This document shows positions 1 through 8,616 of a stretch of DNA of 61,056 nt, one piece after another. Positions within the stretch are counted from its first letter, which is position 1, and each line of letters begins with the position of its first letter. The notes below the pieces were generated by a model that made no database searches, was not told the DNA's origin, and saw only the letters and a program-made list of their open reading frames with translations. This DNA comes from a bacterium (GTDB lineage Bacteria; Desulfobacterota; DSWW01). The stretch lies in NCBI GenBank assembly GCA_015486285.1, contig WFRX01000097.1, forward strand, positions 1-61,056, in the 5' to 3' direction. The position numbers and the translations under genes are program-made.

Positions 1-663
1 CGGCTGGAGGAAATCGTAGATCGGTGCGCAAAGGCAGGGCTTCTCCCGGAGGATGAGCCGGCGGATAGGGCTGTCGCCCCGGCAGGCCCCGGCGAGGGAC
101 TCCGTCCGGGGGGCGACAGGGCGAAGGAGCCCCCTGCTCAGGCTTCTCCTGTCGACGAGACGCCGGGAGAAACGGATTCCCCGTCGAGAGACGCCGAAAA
201 CGAAGAAGACTTCGAGATCGTGGAAGAGGATTCCCCTGCCGACGATCAGGGGGACACGATTGTTCACTGCCCCCCGAACCTGTCCGCCGGCAGACCCCCG
301 GCGCAAGGGGATGCGGCGCAGGCAACGGGCCAACGGGGCCCGAAGGCGGCCTCCAGCGAGTTCGTCACCGGCTATCTCGTCGCGCTGGAGGGCAGCCGCA
401 AGGGAGAACGTTTTCCCATGATCAGCTCGAACATCACCCTGGGCAACTCTCCGGGGATCGACATTCGCTTAAGCGATTCCGGCATCGCAAGCTTCCACGC
501 ACGGATCCTGTACAAAGAGCGGAAGCACTTCCTGGAAAACCTGGACAACATGGGGAGAAGCTTCGTCAACGGCGTACAGGCTTCGGAGGTTGTGGAGCTC
601 AAAGACGGGGATGTCATTCGGCTCGGCGACATCAAGATGCAGGTGGAGTATGCCTCCGCATAG
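1..663 (+). CDS. FHA domain-containing protein (5' end outside window)
   Basis: Frame 1 is open from nt 1. The C-terminal ~95 aa (GYLVALEG..ITLGNSPGIDIRLSDSGIASFHARI..FLENLDNMGRSFVNG..LKDGDVIRLGD) is a typical FHA signature. The N-terminal part is acidic/Pro-rich low complexity. Confidence 0.8.
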   Translation, partial: RLEEIVDRCAKAGLLPEDEPADRAVAPAGPGEGLRPGGDRAKEPPAQASPVDETPGETDSPSRDAENEEDFEIVEEDSPADDQGDTIVHCPPNLSAGRPPAQGDAAQATGQRGPKAASSEFVTGYLVALEGSRKGERFPMISSNITLGNSPGIDIRLSDSGIASFHARILYKERKHFLENLDNMGRSFVNGVQASEVVELKDGDVIRLGDIKMQVEYASA

Positions 664-696
664 ACAACGCGCGCCCATTTGGCTGCATAACCCTGG

Positions 697-2097
697 ATGA
701 CCGATACGATGCTCCTTCCCTGCCCACACTGCAAAAAGCGATTCAGGCTCTCACCCGACCGACTCCGGGCGGCAGGAACGGCAAAGCTCAAGTGTCCCGC
801 ATGCCAGGGGCAGTTTATGGTCGACACCGCGCCTCTCCGGCAGGTTCCGGACCCGCCCCCAAGCCCGCTCGCGCACCCGCCCAAATCCGACAACATGCCC
901 GAGGCGTCGCCCCAACCGATCCCCACGGGCAGCGACGAACCACGTGCGGAGCCGCTAAGAAACAGACGGTCGGTGCACCTCTGGTTTTTGCTCCCCGTGT
1001 CGGCTATTCTCGTGGCCCTCCTGGGGGTTCTCATGCCGGCTGTCTGGAACAGACCGGTCGCGCCTGGCGAACGACCCCCCCGGGAAGCCCCGGCCGCATC
1101 CTGCGCTCTGCCCTCTTCCCGCCCTGACCTTGCAAGCACGGAGATGCCCGAAGCGAACGCCGCCCGGCAGGCCGTCCAGGAAGCGAATCAACCGGTTCAG
1201 CCGAGAAGACCCTTCACCTATCGAGCTCTGTGGCCCTTTTCGCCGATGGGGAAGCGCAACGACTGCGAGGTGCTGGCACAACTCGGAACCGAGGGAGGCC
1301 TGAAAAGCACCAAAACCCGCACTACTTTCTATCCCCCGTGGATCGCCTATCTCAGCCTCGAAGCCTCATCCACCCCCGGGTGTGACCTGGACACACCCTT
1401 CGGCATGGCCACCGATGCCATCGAACAGGGGAAACTCAGCGGTCGCGGGTACGCATTCCTTTCCATCTATTACTCGTTCAAGAGAGTCCCCGACCGATCC
1501 CGATCGTTCCTCGAGGAAGCGCTTCATGCGTCTCCGACAGATCCCTGGGTCAAACTCGTGGAAGCCGTGGTCACCATGCGAGATTGTCGCGACAGCGGAA
1601 AGGCCGCCAAGATCCTGCAGGATCTGATCCGGGAGAACCCTTCCTTTGCCATCGCTCAGTATCATCTCGCCAGGATCTACATCGGGGAGGAGGAATACGG
1701 AAAGGCGAAAGGCCTCTTCGCGAGCCTCGAAAAGGCCTTCCCCCGGCAGCACGGATTCCGGAGCCTTCAGCAAGCCCTAGCCGGTGTCGAACATCTCCCC
1801 TATTACAGCGCTGAAAAGGCCAGAGGACTTCTGGAAATCAGCAGGGTCCTGTCCGACCTGAAGGACTACACCCTGGCCGGGCGCCTCTGTCGCACGGTTC
1901 TCGAGGACATGCCGAACACCCTTCCCAAGACGGAAAAGAAGTCCGCCTTCTATGATCTGGGTCGAATCTGCGAACTCAGGGGAGACATGGAGACCGCTTT
2001 CACCTGCTACCAGAACGCCCTGCGGATCGACCCCGCCTACCGGGACACCCTCAAACGAATGGGGGACATTTTGAAGGACGCAGCCCAAACCTCCTGA
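697..2097 (+). CDS. MJ0042-type zinc-ribbon protein with central TM segment and C-terminal TPR repeats
   Basis: N-terminus CPHCKKRF..(17)..KCPACQGQF is a CxxC..CxxC zinc ribbon, followed by a Pro-rich linker. It has a hydrophobic segment (WFLLPVSAILVALLGVLMPAV). The C-terminal part is TPR-like (AQYHLARIYIGEEEYGKAKGLF, FYDLGRICELRGDMETAFTCYQNALRIDP). Confidence 0.75.
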   Translation: MTDTMLLPCPHCKKRFRLSPDRLRAAGTAKLKCPACQGQFMVDTAPLRQVPDPPPSPLAHPPKSDNMPEASPQPIPTGSDEPRAEPLRNRRSVHLWFLLPVSAILVALLGVLMPAVWNRPVAPGERPPREAPAASCALPSSRPDLASTEMPEANAARQAVQEANQPVQPRRPFTYRALWPFSPMGKRNDCEVLAQLGTEGGLKSTKTRTTFYPPWIAYLSLEASSTPGCDLDTPFGMATDAIEQGKLSGRGYAFLSIYYSFKRVPDRSRSFLEEALHASPTDPWVKLVEAVVTMRDCRDSGKAAKILQDLIRENPSFAIAQYHLARIYIGEEEYGKAKGLFASLEKAFPRQHGFRSLQQALAGVEHLPYYSAEKARGLLEISRVLSDLKDYTLAGRLCRTVLEDMPNTLPKTEKKSAFYDLGRICELRGDMETAFTCYQNALRIDPAYRDTLKRMGDILKDAAQTS

Positions 2098-2120
2098 CCC
2101 TCGTCGAAAAGGGAAGAAAC

Positions 2121-2447
2121 ATGTTCAACAAGAGCGCTGACGTGGGGCCGGTCCTCATGCTGGAGGGCATCGAGCGCAGGACCCTTACCTACGGGGACAA
2201 CATGCTGCTGGTTGAATTCACGATACAGGCCGGATCCGTGTTTCCGGAGCACGCCCATCCTTATGAACAGATCGGGTACCTCTGCCGTGGATCGGGGAGG
2301 CTCTGGATCGGAGAAGAATGCCGGGAAATCGGACCCGGTTCGAGCTGGTGCATTCCGGAAGGCATGCTCCACAAGGCGGAATTCTCGGAAAACTCGATCG
2401 CCCTGGATATCTTCCACCCTGTCCGGGAAGACTACCTGCCGGGCTGA
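2121..2447 (+). CDS. cupin domain protein
   Basis: 108-aa ORF with a cupin-like core (GSVFPEHAHPYEQIGYLCRGSGRLWIGEE..IPEGMLHKAEF). It follows the upstream gene after 23 nt. Confidence 0.7.
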   Translation: MFNKSADVGPVLMLEGIERRTLTYGDNMLLVEFTIQAGSVFPEHAHPYEQIGYLCRGSGRLWIGEECREIGPGSSWCIPEGMLHKAEFSENSIALDIFHPVREDYLPG

Positions 2448-2462
2448 AGAAGACACGCCCTT

Positions 2463-3260
2463 TCAGGAATAAGAGAAGAGCTTTTTCCAGAAGCCTCTTC
2501 TTTTCTTCTTGAGAGGCTGGTCGGCCACGGGCTCCGGGACCTCCACGTGGGCCCCCTCCAGGATCCTGGCAGGTCTTTGGAGAAAAATCCGCTCGGCTTC
2601 CTCACTACCCACTTCTTCCTGTACGACCCGCACGGCATCCGAAAGCCTGGGGGCCCGCCGGCCTGTATTGTGCGCGTCCGTGGAGACGAGATGGGCCGTT
2701 CTGGACCTGAGGAGACGGAGAGAACAATCGCGGACCCGGGTCCCAAAGACGCCGGTCACGCTGCCTGCGGTAATCTGCGTCAAGCTGCCGGCACTGACCA
2801 GATCATCCAGGATGGCCGGGCTTTGCTGGATTGCGATGTTCCTCTCCGGGTGGGTAATGATCGGGGTGATGCCTTTCAACTGGACCTGAAAGAGCACCTC
2901 CCGTGCCCCTTCCGGCACGATATCCTGCGGGAACTCCAGCAACAAGTGGCGTCCGAGATCGGCCACGGTCACCAGGTCGCCCCGGTCCAGCCGGCCGAGC
3001 AGCGACCGGTCCAGGTGCACGTCGGCCCCCGGGAGGATCTCCAAAGGAACCGATGCCTCGCCCAGGGCACTGGAAATACGCTGAACGCCCCCCAACACGT
3101 CCTCGCGCTCGACCGAAAACATCCCGTTCAACATGTGGGGAGTAGCCACGACGATCCGGATTCCATCCTCCACCGCGATCCGGCACATCTCCAGCGCTTC
3201 CTCCATGGAAGCAGGCCCGTCATCCAGGCCGGGCAGAATATGGCAGTGAAGGTCGATCAC
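2463..3260 (-). CDS. CpsB/YwqE-type (PHP-fold) protein-tyrosine phosphatase
   Basis: The motifs IDLHCHILPGLDDGP, ATPH and THPER match the CpsB/CapC family. The ORF-track start is a TTG at 3320 overlapping the kinase gene. The in-frame GTG at 3260 gives the family-typical N-terminus (M)IDLHCHILPG; no clear SD, so the start is uncertain. Confidence 0.85.
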   Translation of the reverse strand: MIDLHCHILPGLDDGPASMEEALEMCRIAVEDGIRIVVATPHMLNGMFSVEREDVLGGVQRISSALGEASVPLEILPGADVHLDRSLLGRLDRGDLVTVADLGRHLLLEFPQDIVPEGAREVLFQVQLKGITPIITHPERNIAIQQSPAILDDLVSAGSLTQITAGSVTGVFGTRVRDCSLRLLRSRTAHLVSTDAHNTGRRAPRLSDAVRVVQEEVGSEEAERIFLQRPARILEGAHVEVPEPVADQPLKKKRRGFWKKLFSYS

Positions 3261-3276
3261 GGCACGCCGATGGAGG

Positions 3277-5634
3277 TCAAACGGGTAAGTCGGGGGGGTC
3301 GTGAGAAGTCGATTCTTCAATGGGGGATTCGGCCGTCTTCTTTCCCCACGGCCTCCAGGCCTTCCTGGCGGGCTTGGCGGTCGAGGACTTTCCGTCTCCG
3401 CCCTTTGCCCGGTTCGACCGCCTCTTACCCCGCTTCGTCAGGTCCTGCTCGCTGTCTCCATAATAGTAGTACTGGCTCGAATAGTAGTAGTAGCCGTCGT
3501 ATCCGTAAGCCCCTTTCGGGGTATCCGCATTGTTGAGAATCACGCCCAGCATTCGACCCTGGGTCCCCTGGAGGAGTTCCGAAGCCCTCTGGGCCAGTTC
3601 CCGCTGCGTGGTAAAGCCTCTGACGACAAGCAGCCCGCCCCCCACGAAGTGCATCAGGATCGTGGCATCCGTAACGTTGACCACCGGCGGGGAATCGAAA
3701 ATCACCCGGTCGAACATCTCCTCCATCTCATTAAGGAGTCCCCCCATGCGTTCCGTGGCGAGGAGTTCAGCAGGGTTGGGAGGACGAGGACCGGAAGGCA
3801 GGACGTACAGGTTGTCTATCTCGGTCTCCAGCACCACATCCCCGAGCCTCTTTGCGTCTTCCGATGTCAGCAGGTTGCTCAACCCCATCGTCGGCGACAG
3901 CCCGAAGGTCTTGTGGATCCGCGGCTTCCGAAGATCACTGTCCACCAGAAGCACCCTCTTGCCTGCCTGAGCAAAGGTAAGCGCCAGATTGATGCTCACG
4001 AGGGATTTGCCTTCCAGGGGCGAGGGGCTGGTCACCAGAATGCTTCGCACTCCCTGGGTATCCATCGAGAAACTCAGCCCTGTTCGCAGCGAACGAAAGG
4101 CCTCCGCCAAGGCCGACCGGGGTCGTTCGACGGCCAGCATGTCATAGCTCGACCGCTCCGTAGCTGCCGTATCGCCGTTCAGTTCGTCTCGGAGCGCCGG
4201 CACATACCCGAGAACGGGAAGGCCCGTGGCCTGTTCGACATCGTCCCGTGTCTTCACCGTTGTATCCAGGTACTGGAGAAAAAAGGCCAGCCCGATACCG
4301 AGCATCGGACCGAGGATGAAGGCCAGAGCGATGGCCTGCAAGCGCTTCGGTTTTGCCTTCTTCACCGGCGTCTTTGCAGGAGCGATGACAAAGATATTGT
4401 CCTCTTCGGTTCCCGCCGCGGAGGAGATCTCGATCTCGTCGATCCGCTGGATGATGGACCGGTACGTCTTGTGCAGAGTATCGTGAGCATCCAGGAGAAC
4501 CTGGTACTGGGCCCGCAGTTTATCCAGGTCCATGACCTTTTCCTGCTGTTGCTTCAGGGCATCCAGGATTTCCTGCTCCTGGTTCTTGGCACGTTGGTAT
4601 TCAAGGTGGGTAGAACTCAGGATGCTCCGGACATCCATTTCGATCTTGTCCCGGATGGCCTGCAGCTTCGCACGGGCGGAAACCAACTGCGGATGGTTCG
4701 GTCCGAACCGCTTGCTCAGGTCGCTGATCTCCTGCTCCGTCCGGATCCACTCCATCTTCAGGTCCCGCATCGTAGGGCTGTCCACCACCTCGGGAAGGTC
4801 CTCCAGGGCCGTCCTGCTCTCGAGGGCCTGGCCGATGGACTGAATGCGGCTTTGCAGCTCGATTCGCTTGTTCTGCACCTGGGTCAGTTCCCGGTTCAGA
4901 TCTTTCAAGCGCTCCACGATGATGTTCTGGGACTGCTCCAGCGAAACCGTGCCGTGCGCAATCCGGAACGCCTGCAACGCCTCGGCCCGCTCGGCGACCT
5001 TGGGACGGAGTTCCTCCGCCTTTTTCTTCAATGCCGCCAGGCCACCGCCGGTCACGCCCAACCGTCTCTCGCGATACCCCTGGATGTAAGCGTCTACCAG
5101 GTAATTGACGACCTCGGCGGCCAGCTTCGGGTCTTTCCATTCGAAAGAAACCTCTACCAGCCGCGTCCGCCGCACCGGGCTGACATGGAACTTCTTCGTG
5201 AAGGATGGAATCGGGTCCTGAACATCCCGGTATTCTTCTGTCTCCCCGAAATGGAAGCGCGCGAACACCTGTTCCATCAGAGGCCGGCATGTGAGGAGGT
5301 TGAACTGGGTCTCCATGAACTCCCGGCGGGCCAGCTCGCTGCCCGCGAACTGGGACAAGGTCGGATCGTACACATCCTGAAAATCAGTGATATTGATCTT
5401 CGTGGGTTCGATCAGCAGGAGGGAGGTGGCCCGGTAAACAGGGGTCATGATAAAAACGGTCAGCGCGGTAGCGAAAATCACCAGGAGAGAAACGCCGACC
5501 ACGACCCACCTCCGCATGAACAGCACACGGAAGTAGTCCTTCAGATGGGGTTCCTCAACGCCACCGGCCAGCCGCCCCTTGACCCGGAGGTCGGGCCCGG
5601 TCTCCTCTCGTACCGATCCGGGATCTAGATCCAT
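3277..5634 (-). CDS. polysaccharide biosynthesis tyrosine autokinase (Wzc/GumC-type chain-length determinant + BY-kinase)
   Basis: N-terminal TM, Wzz-like region with a long coiled coil, and a second TM. P-loop-like SPSPLEGKS, Walker A'/B (LLVDSDLRKP, VIFDSPP) and a C-terminal Tyr cluster (YGYDGYYYYSSQYYYYG). The ORF-track start 5655 is TTG; the first ATG is at 5634. Confidence 0.85.
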   Translation of the reverse strand: MDLDPGSVREETGPDLRVKGRLAGGVEEPHLKDYFRVLFMRRWVVVGVSLLVIFATALTVFIMTPVYRATSLLLIEPTKINITDFQDVYDPTLSQFAGSELARREFMETQFNLLTCRPLMEQVFARFHFGETEEYRDVQDPIPSFTKKFHVSPVRRTRLVEVSFEWKDPKLAAEVVNYLVDAYIQGYRERRLGVTGGGLAALKKKAEELRPKVAERAEALQAFRIAHGTVSLEQSQNIIVERLKDLNRELTQVQNKRIELQSRIQSIGQALESRTALEDLPEVVDSPTMRDLKMEWIRTEQEISDLSKRFGPNHPQLVSARAKLQAIRDKIEMDVRSILSSTHLEYQRAKNQEQEILDALKQQQEKVMDLDKLRAQYQVLLDAHDTLHKTYRSIIQRIDEIEISSAAGTEEDNIFVIAPAKTPVKKAKPKRLQAIALAFILGPMLGIGLAFFLQYLDTTVKTRDDVEQATGLPVLGYVPALRDELNGDTAATERSSYDMLAVERPRSALAEAFRSLRTGLSFSMDTQGVRSILVTSPSPLEGKSLVSINLALTFAQAGKRVLLVDSDLRKPRIHKTFGLSPTMGLSNLLTSEDAKRLGDVVLETEIDNLYVLPSGPRPPNPAELLATERMGGLLNEMEEMFDRVIFDSPPVVNVTDATILMHFVGGGLLVVRGFTTQRELAQRASELLQGTQGRMLGVILNNADTPKGAYGYDGYYYYSSQYYYYGDSEQDLTKRGKRRSNRAKGGDGKSSTAKPARKAWRPWGKKTAESPIEESTSHDPPDLPV

Positions 5635-5683
5635 TCCAGTCGATTTGCCTTTCAAGAGGCCGCGAAGCCTCCGGCCAACATCA

Positions 5684-6193
5684 TCAATCGCCGCCGCTCA
5701 CGGGCTCATGGACATCCGAGTCATGGTCCGCGATCTGCCAGGCGGCAAAGCCCACCAGCAGAACACCACCTGCGATCGCCACGATCAGCGGAGCGCTCAA
5801 GCCGCCTGCCGCCCCTGCGGTGTACGGCTCCATCGATGTGGGCACCATCGCATTGACAACCGTGTTATTGCTGGAGGATTTGACCACGAGTGCAATCTTC
5901 TGCATGCCGGCGATGACCATGGTATAGGTCCCTGCGGCAAGATTGTCTATCGAGTAGGTCCCGTCTTCGCTCGTGGTAGCGGTGTATTCGGCCTTACCCA
6001 CGGCGTCCAGGACCTTCACGGACTGCCCCGCCATGGGCTGCTCGTCCATGTTCATGATCTTGCCGGTAAGGACTCCCGGTTTCACCTCAACCACGGCAGC
6101 CTTGGAAGCAGCATAGCTCGCACTCAGTGCAAAGACGGAGTACGTAGCAAAGGCCACCGCAGTCAGCAGAGAAATCGATGCTCGTCCTCTCAT
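5684..6193 (-). CDS. exported CarboxypepD_reg-like (Ig-fold) protein with C-terminal TM anchor
   Basis: The ATG at 6193 is preceded by GGAGGG and gives a signal peptide (MRGRASISLLTAVAFATYSVFALSA). The core DGTYSIDNLAAGTYTMV is typical of carboxypeptidase-regulatory-like domains. There is a C-terminal hydrophobic helix. The longer track ORF (to 6550) has an Arg-rich, non-protein-like extension. Confidence 0.6.
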   Translation of the reverse strand: MRGRASISLLTAVAFATYSVFALSASYAASKAAVVEVKPGVLTGKIMNMDEQPMAGQSVKVLDAVGKAEYTATTSEDGTYSIDNLAAGTYTMVIAGMQKIALVVKSSSNNTVVNAMVPTSMEPYTAGAAGGLSAPLIVAIAGGVLLVGFAAWQIADHDSDVHEPVSGGD

Positions 6194-6365
6194 GGTTTTT
6201 CCCTCCCTTTCCTGTTTACTCGGAATGCTGTCGCACCTCATCATCGCTGCGTTGAGGGCATTGGGCCTGTCCATCCCCCTGACCCCGTTAAACCACAGAA
6301 ACCCTGGATCGGCATTTTCCCGCCAAAAGATGAGCCCTGACTCCTCCCCCTTGACACCGCCGCTC

Positions 6366-6791
6366 TCAAAAATCGGGCAGAATGTCCACCGTCCGTTTTT
6401 TGCGCTGCACGTGCTGCGCCTCTCTCCTGCGGGCCCTCTCCCTGGCCTCCTCTTCTTCCTTCTGGAAATTTTGCTCCCGTCCCCGCATCGCCTCTTTTGC
6501 GCGAAGGCGCTCGTCGTCCCGCCTCTCCAGGCGAATCTTCCTCTCTTCATACCCGATCTTCTGGTCGTTCATCCGTCTGTCGAAGATGCGTTCCTCACGG
6601 CCTTTCATGCGGGATTCCACACGCATCGTGTCGCGCTCACCCTTGCGCAAACCTTCGATCGAAGCCGCATCTTGGGCCAGGCCGACGGTCGCACACAAGA
6701 TGTTGAGAAAACATACGGAAAAGAACGTGGCAAAAACGCTCCGTTTTCCGAAACACCTGCATGAGCCCATCGTCACCGGGATCGTGTTCAT
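6366..6791 (-). CDS. hypothetical exported Arg/Glu-rich protein
   Basis: ATG start, a hydrophobic signal-like segment (VFATFFSVCFLNILCATVGLA), then highly charged R/E/K repeats predicted helical. The antisense ORF 6382..6873 is Ser/Arg-rich and looks spurious. Confidence 0.45.
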   Translation of the reverse strand: MNTIPVTMGSCRCFGKRSVFATFFSVCFLNILCATVGLAQDAASIEGLRKGERDTMRVESRMKGREERIFDRRMNDQKIGYEERKIRLERRDDERLRAKEAMRGREQNFQKEEEEARERARRREAQHVQRKKRTVDILPDF

Positions 6792-6895
6792 TGCTGCCCG
6801 TGTTTTCCCCCGGTTTTCATTCCCTTACGATCCCGCATGCTCCAAGAAATGGTCCGGGCAAGTACGTTATTGAAACTCAAACTCGGTCTCTAGAC

Positions 6896-6923
6896 ATTTA
6901 AAGGGGAAATTTAAGAATGTCAA
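6896..6923 (-). promoter_or_regulatory. candidate sigma-70 promoter (TTGACA-16-TTAAAT) in AT-rich intergenic region
   Basis: The minus strand reads TTGACAttcttaaatttcccctTTAAAT, about 100 nt upstream of the 6791 start. Pattern match only. Confidence 0.3.
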
Positions 6924-7004
6924 GCTAAAAAGCAGATTTTTCACAAAAAACTTCTTAAAAACACACCCCCTAAACGCAATAACAGGCCCCTCGGCGCCTC
7001 GAAT

Positions 7005-7838
7005 TTATGCACAATGCAGACCATTGCATCCCTGACAGATCTGCACAAACGCGGTTATTTTGTCCTCGATCATTCGTTCCGCCGTCCGAAGCTCTTCCGC
7101 CGACGAGAATGCAGAACCGAGGCTCACGAGAATCCTGTCGTAACGTGACTTGCTACAGCCGATCTCCTCGTAGGGAATGCGGGCCTCCCGGTACTCATCC
7201 TCGGCAAAACAATATTTCCCGAAGCGGTCCCCATCCTCTGTCCGGTACGGCCAGGAAACCTTCAGTGAAAAAAAGTCTCCCAGAGACGCCCGGACAGCCG
7301 GACGGGAGAGCACCGACACGGCGGGTTCGGCCCCGAGTCGTCCGGCCGCGTGGGCGAAAAAGTCCTTGCAGAGGTCGATATCCGTAATGCAGATTCCATA
7401 GAGGTACCAGTCATCCAGGCTCAGGATCACGGCCCATTTCTCGCTCCGGGTCAGTTTCTGGTAACTCAAGCAAAGATGGCCGTCACAAAGCTCTGCCCCA
7501 TAAAAAGAACAATCTCGCAGGTCTTCCCCCCTGTGCAGGCAGGGATGCAGCAGGCAGCCGACCCTGCGCATCTGCCCATCCAGAAACCCGAGAAACTCGC
7601 AGTTGTGAATGGTTTCCAGCAGCTTCCCCTGAGGTTCCGTGTGGCGGACCCAATCGGAGAATCCCTTGAGGGCCTCGGGCGTATACCGCCCGATCTTCCG
7701 AAAGGCTTCCGTCCTGCGCTTCAGCCGGGCCTCGAGACCGGACCGGCTCGATTCCCGGTAATTGTAGAGGCCGCAGCATGCACCGCACGATTTGTCCGCA
7801 TCGGGCTGGCAGAGATGAGGCGATTCCATAGGCGGCAT
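7005..7838 (-). CDS. hypothetical Cys-rich protein
   Basis: 277-aa ORF with an ATG start and an N-terminal CxxCC cluster (KSCGACCGLYNY) plus many further Cys/His residues. No family recognised with confidence. Confidence 0.5.
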   Translation of the reverse strand: MPPMESPHLCQPDADKSCGACCGLYNYRESSRSGLEARLKRRTEAFRKIGRYTPEALKGFSDWVRHTEPQGKLLETIHNCEFLGFLDGQMRRVGCLLHPCLHRGEDLRDCSFYGAELCDGHLCLSYQKLTRSEKWAVILSLDDWYLYGICITDIDLCKDFFAHAAGRLGAEPAVSVLSRPAVRASLGDFFSLKVSWPYRTEDGDRFGKYCFAEDEYREARIPYEEIGCSKSRYDRILVSLGSAFSSAEELRTAERMIEDKITAFVQICQGCNGLHCA

Positions 7839-7947
7839 GAGGGGGCGGGCAAGGAGCGTTGGTTCTCGTTCCGAGTTGGGTTGTTTCGAGGGGACGCGCC
7901 GGAAAAGGCCGTAAGCGCCCCGCCATGGATGGTCTTGAAGACCGCCT

Positions 7948-8244
7948 TCACAATAATTCGTTCAGGATACTCTCCTGGAGAAGGCGATCCGCAACCGACT
8001 TACTGTCAAACTCGAGGTTTCCCGCCTGCAGTGCCTTCTTGATCTCGTCGACTCGATCCCTGCGAACGTCCGGGGCCTTCTTGATCCGTTCGAGGGCCTT
8101 TTTTGCCGAGTCTTTCAGCGCGGCATCCTGCAACCGGTCCTTCGGGGAGGACCTGTTCTGCCGGCTCTCCGCCTCCCGGTCGGCCTCCTCAATGCGCTCT
8201 TGCTTCTGTCGGAAGGCCTCCCGCAGGAGATCCATTTCCAGCAT
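7948..8244 (-). CDS. flgM: anti-sigma-28 factor FlgM-like protein
   Basis: 98 aa. The C-terminal RVDEIKKALQAGNLEFDSKSVADRLL matches the conserved FlgM C-terminal sigma-28 binding helix pattern. A GGGAGAAG SD lies 5 nt before the ATG. Confidence 0.65.
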   Translation of the reverse strand: MLEMDLLREAFRQKQERIEEADREAESRQNRSSPKDRLQDAALKDSAKKALERIKKAPDVRRDRVDEIKKALQAGNLEFDSKSVADRLLQESILNELL

Positions 8245-8473
8245 ATTGCTTCTCCCGATCCTCTATCATCACAGGCGCTCCCCTGAAGGGCGACTCGCCT
8301 ACATGTACAACTACAACGTTCTCGTCGAAAATTCAAGCCGGATTTACCGGCCCCGGATGAGGGCCGCTCTCTCAGGCCGCCCAAAACACTCAAAGGACAC
8401 GGTTTCTCGCATTTTTCGTGGGGTTTCCCTACTATGTGAATCGACCCGTTCCCAAAAAAACCTAAGAATTGTA

Positions 8474-8502
8474 TTGACAAATCACTACCGAAATGATTAG
8501 AA
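8474..8502 (+). promoter_or_regulatory. candidate sigma-70 promoter (TTGACA-17-TTAGAA) upstream of the OmpA-family gene
   Basis: Perfect -35 hexamer in an AT-rich stretch ~115 nt upstream of the 8617 start; the -10 is weak. Confidence 0.3.
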
Positions 8503-8616
8503 AGGGTCTAATTTTCCTACCTTAAGGTTCGCGGTGTGTTCCAAGAGGGCGGGAATCGCTTATCCATTGTGATCGAGATCAGAACCGAAAATAATGAGAG
8601 AAAAGGAGAGTGGAAG

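Noticed and set aside
3301-5628. 775-aa ORF on the plus strand, antisense to the Wzc-like gene
   Set aside because: Arg/Pro/Gly/His-rich, with no recognisable motifs. This is a typical shadow ORF of a high-GC gene, whereas the minus-strand product has full BY-kinase motifs.
6194-6550. Upstream extension of the 5684 ORF to 6550 (288 aa)
   Set aside because: The extension is basic low-complexity. An internal ATG at 6193 with a GGAGGG SD gives a clean signal peptide.
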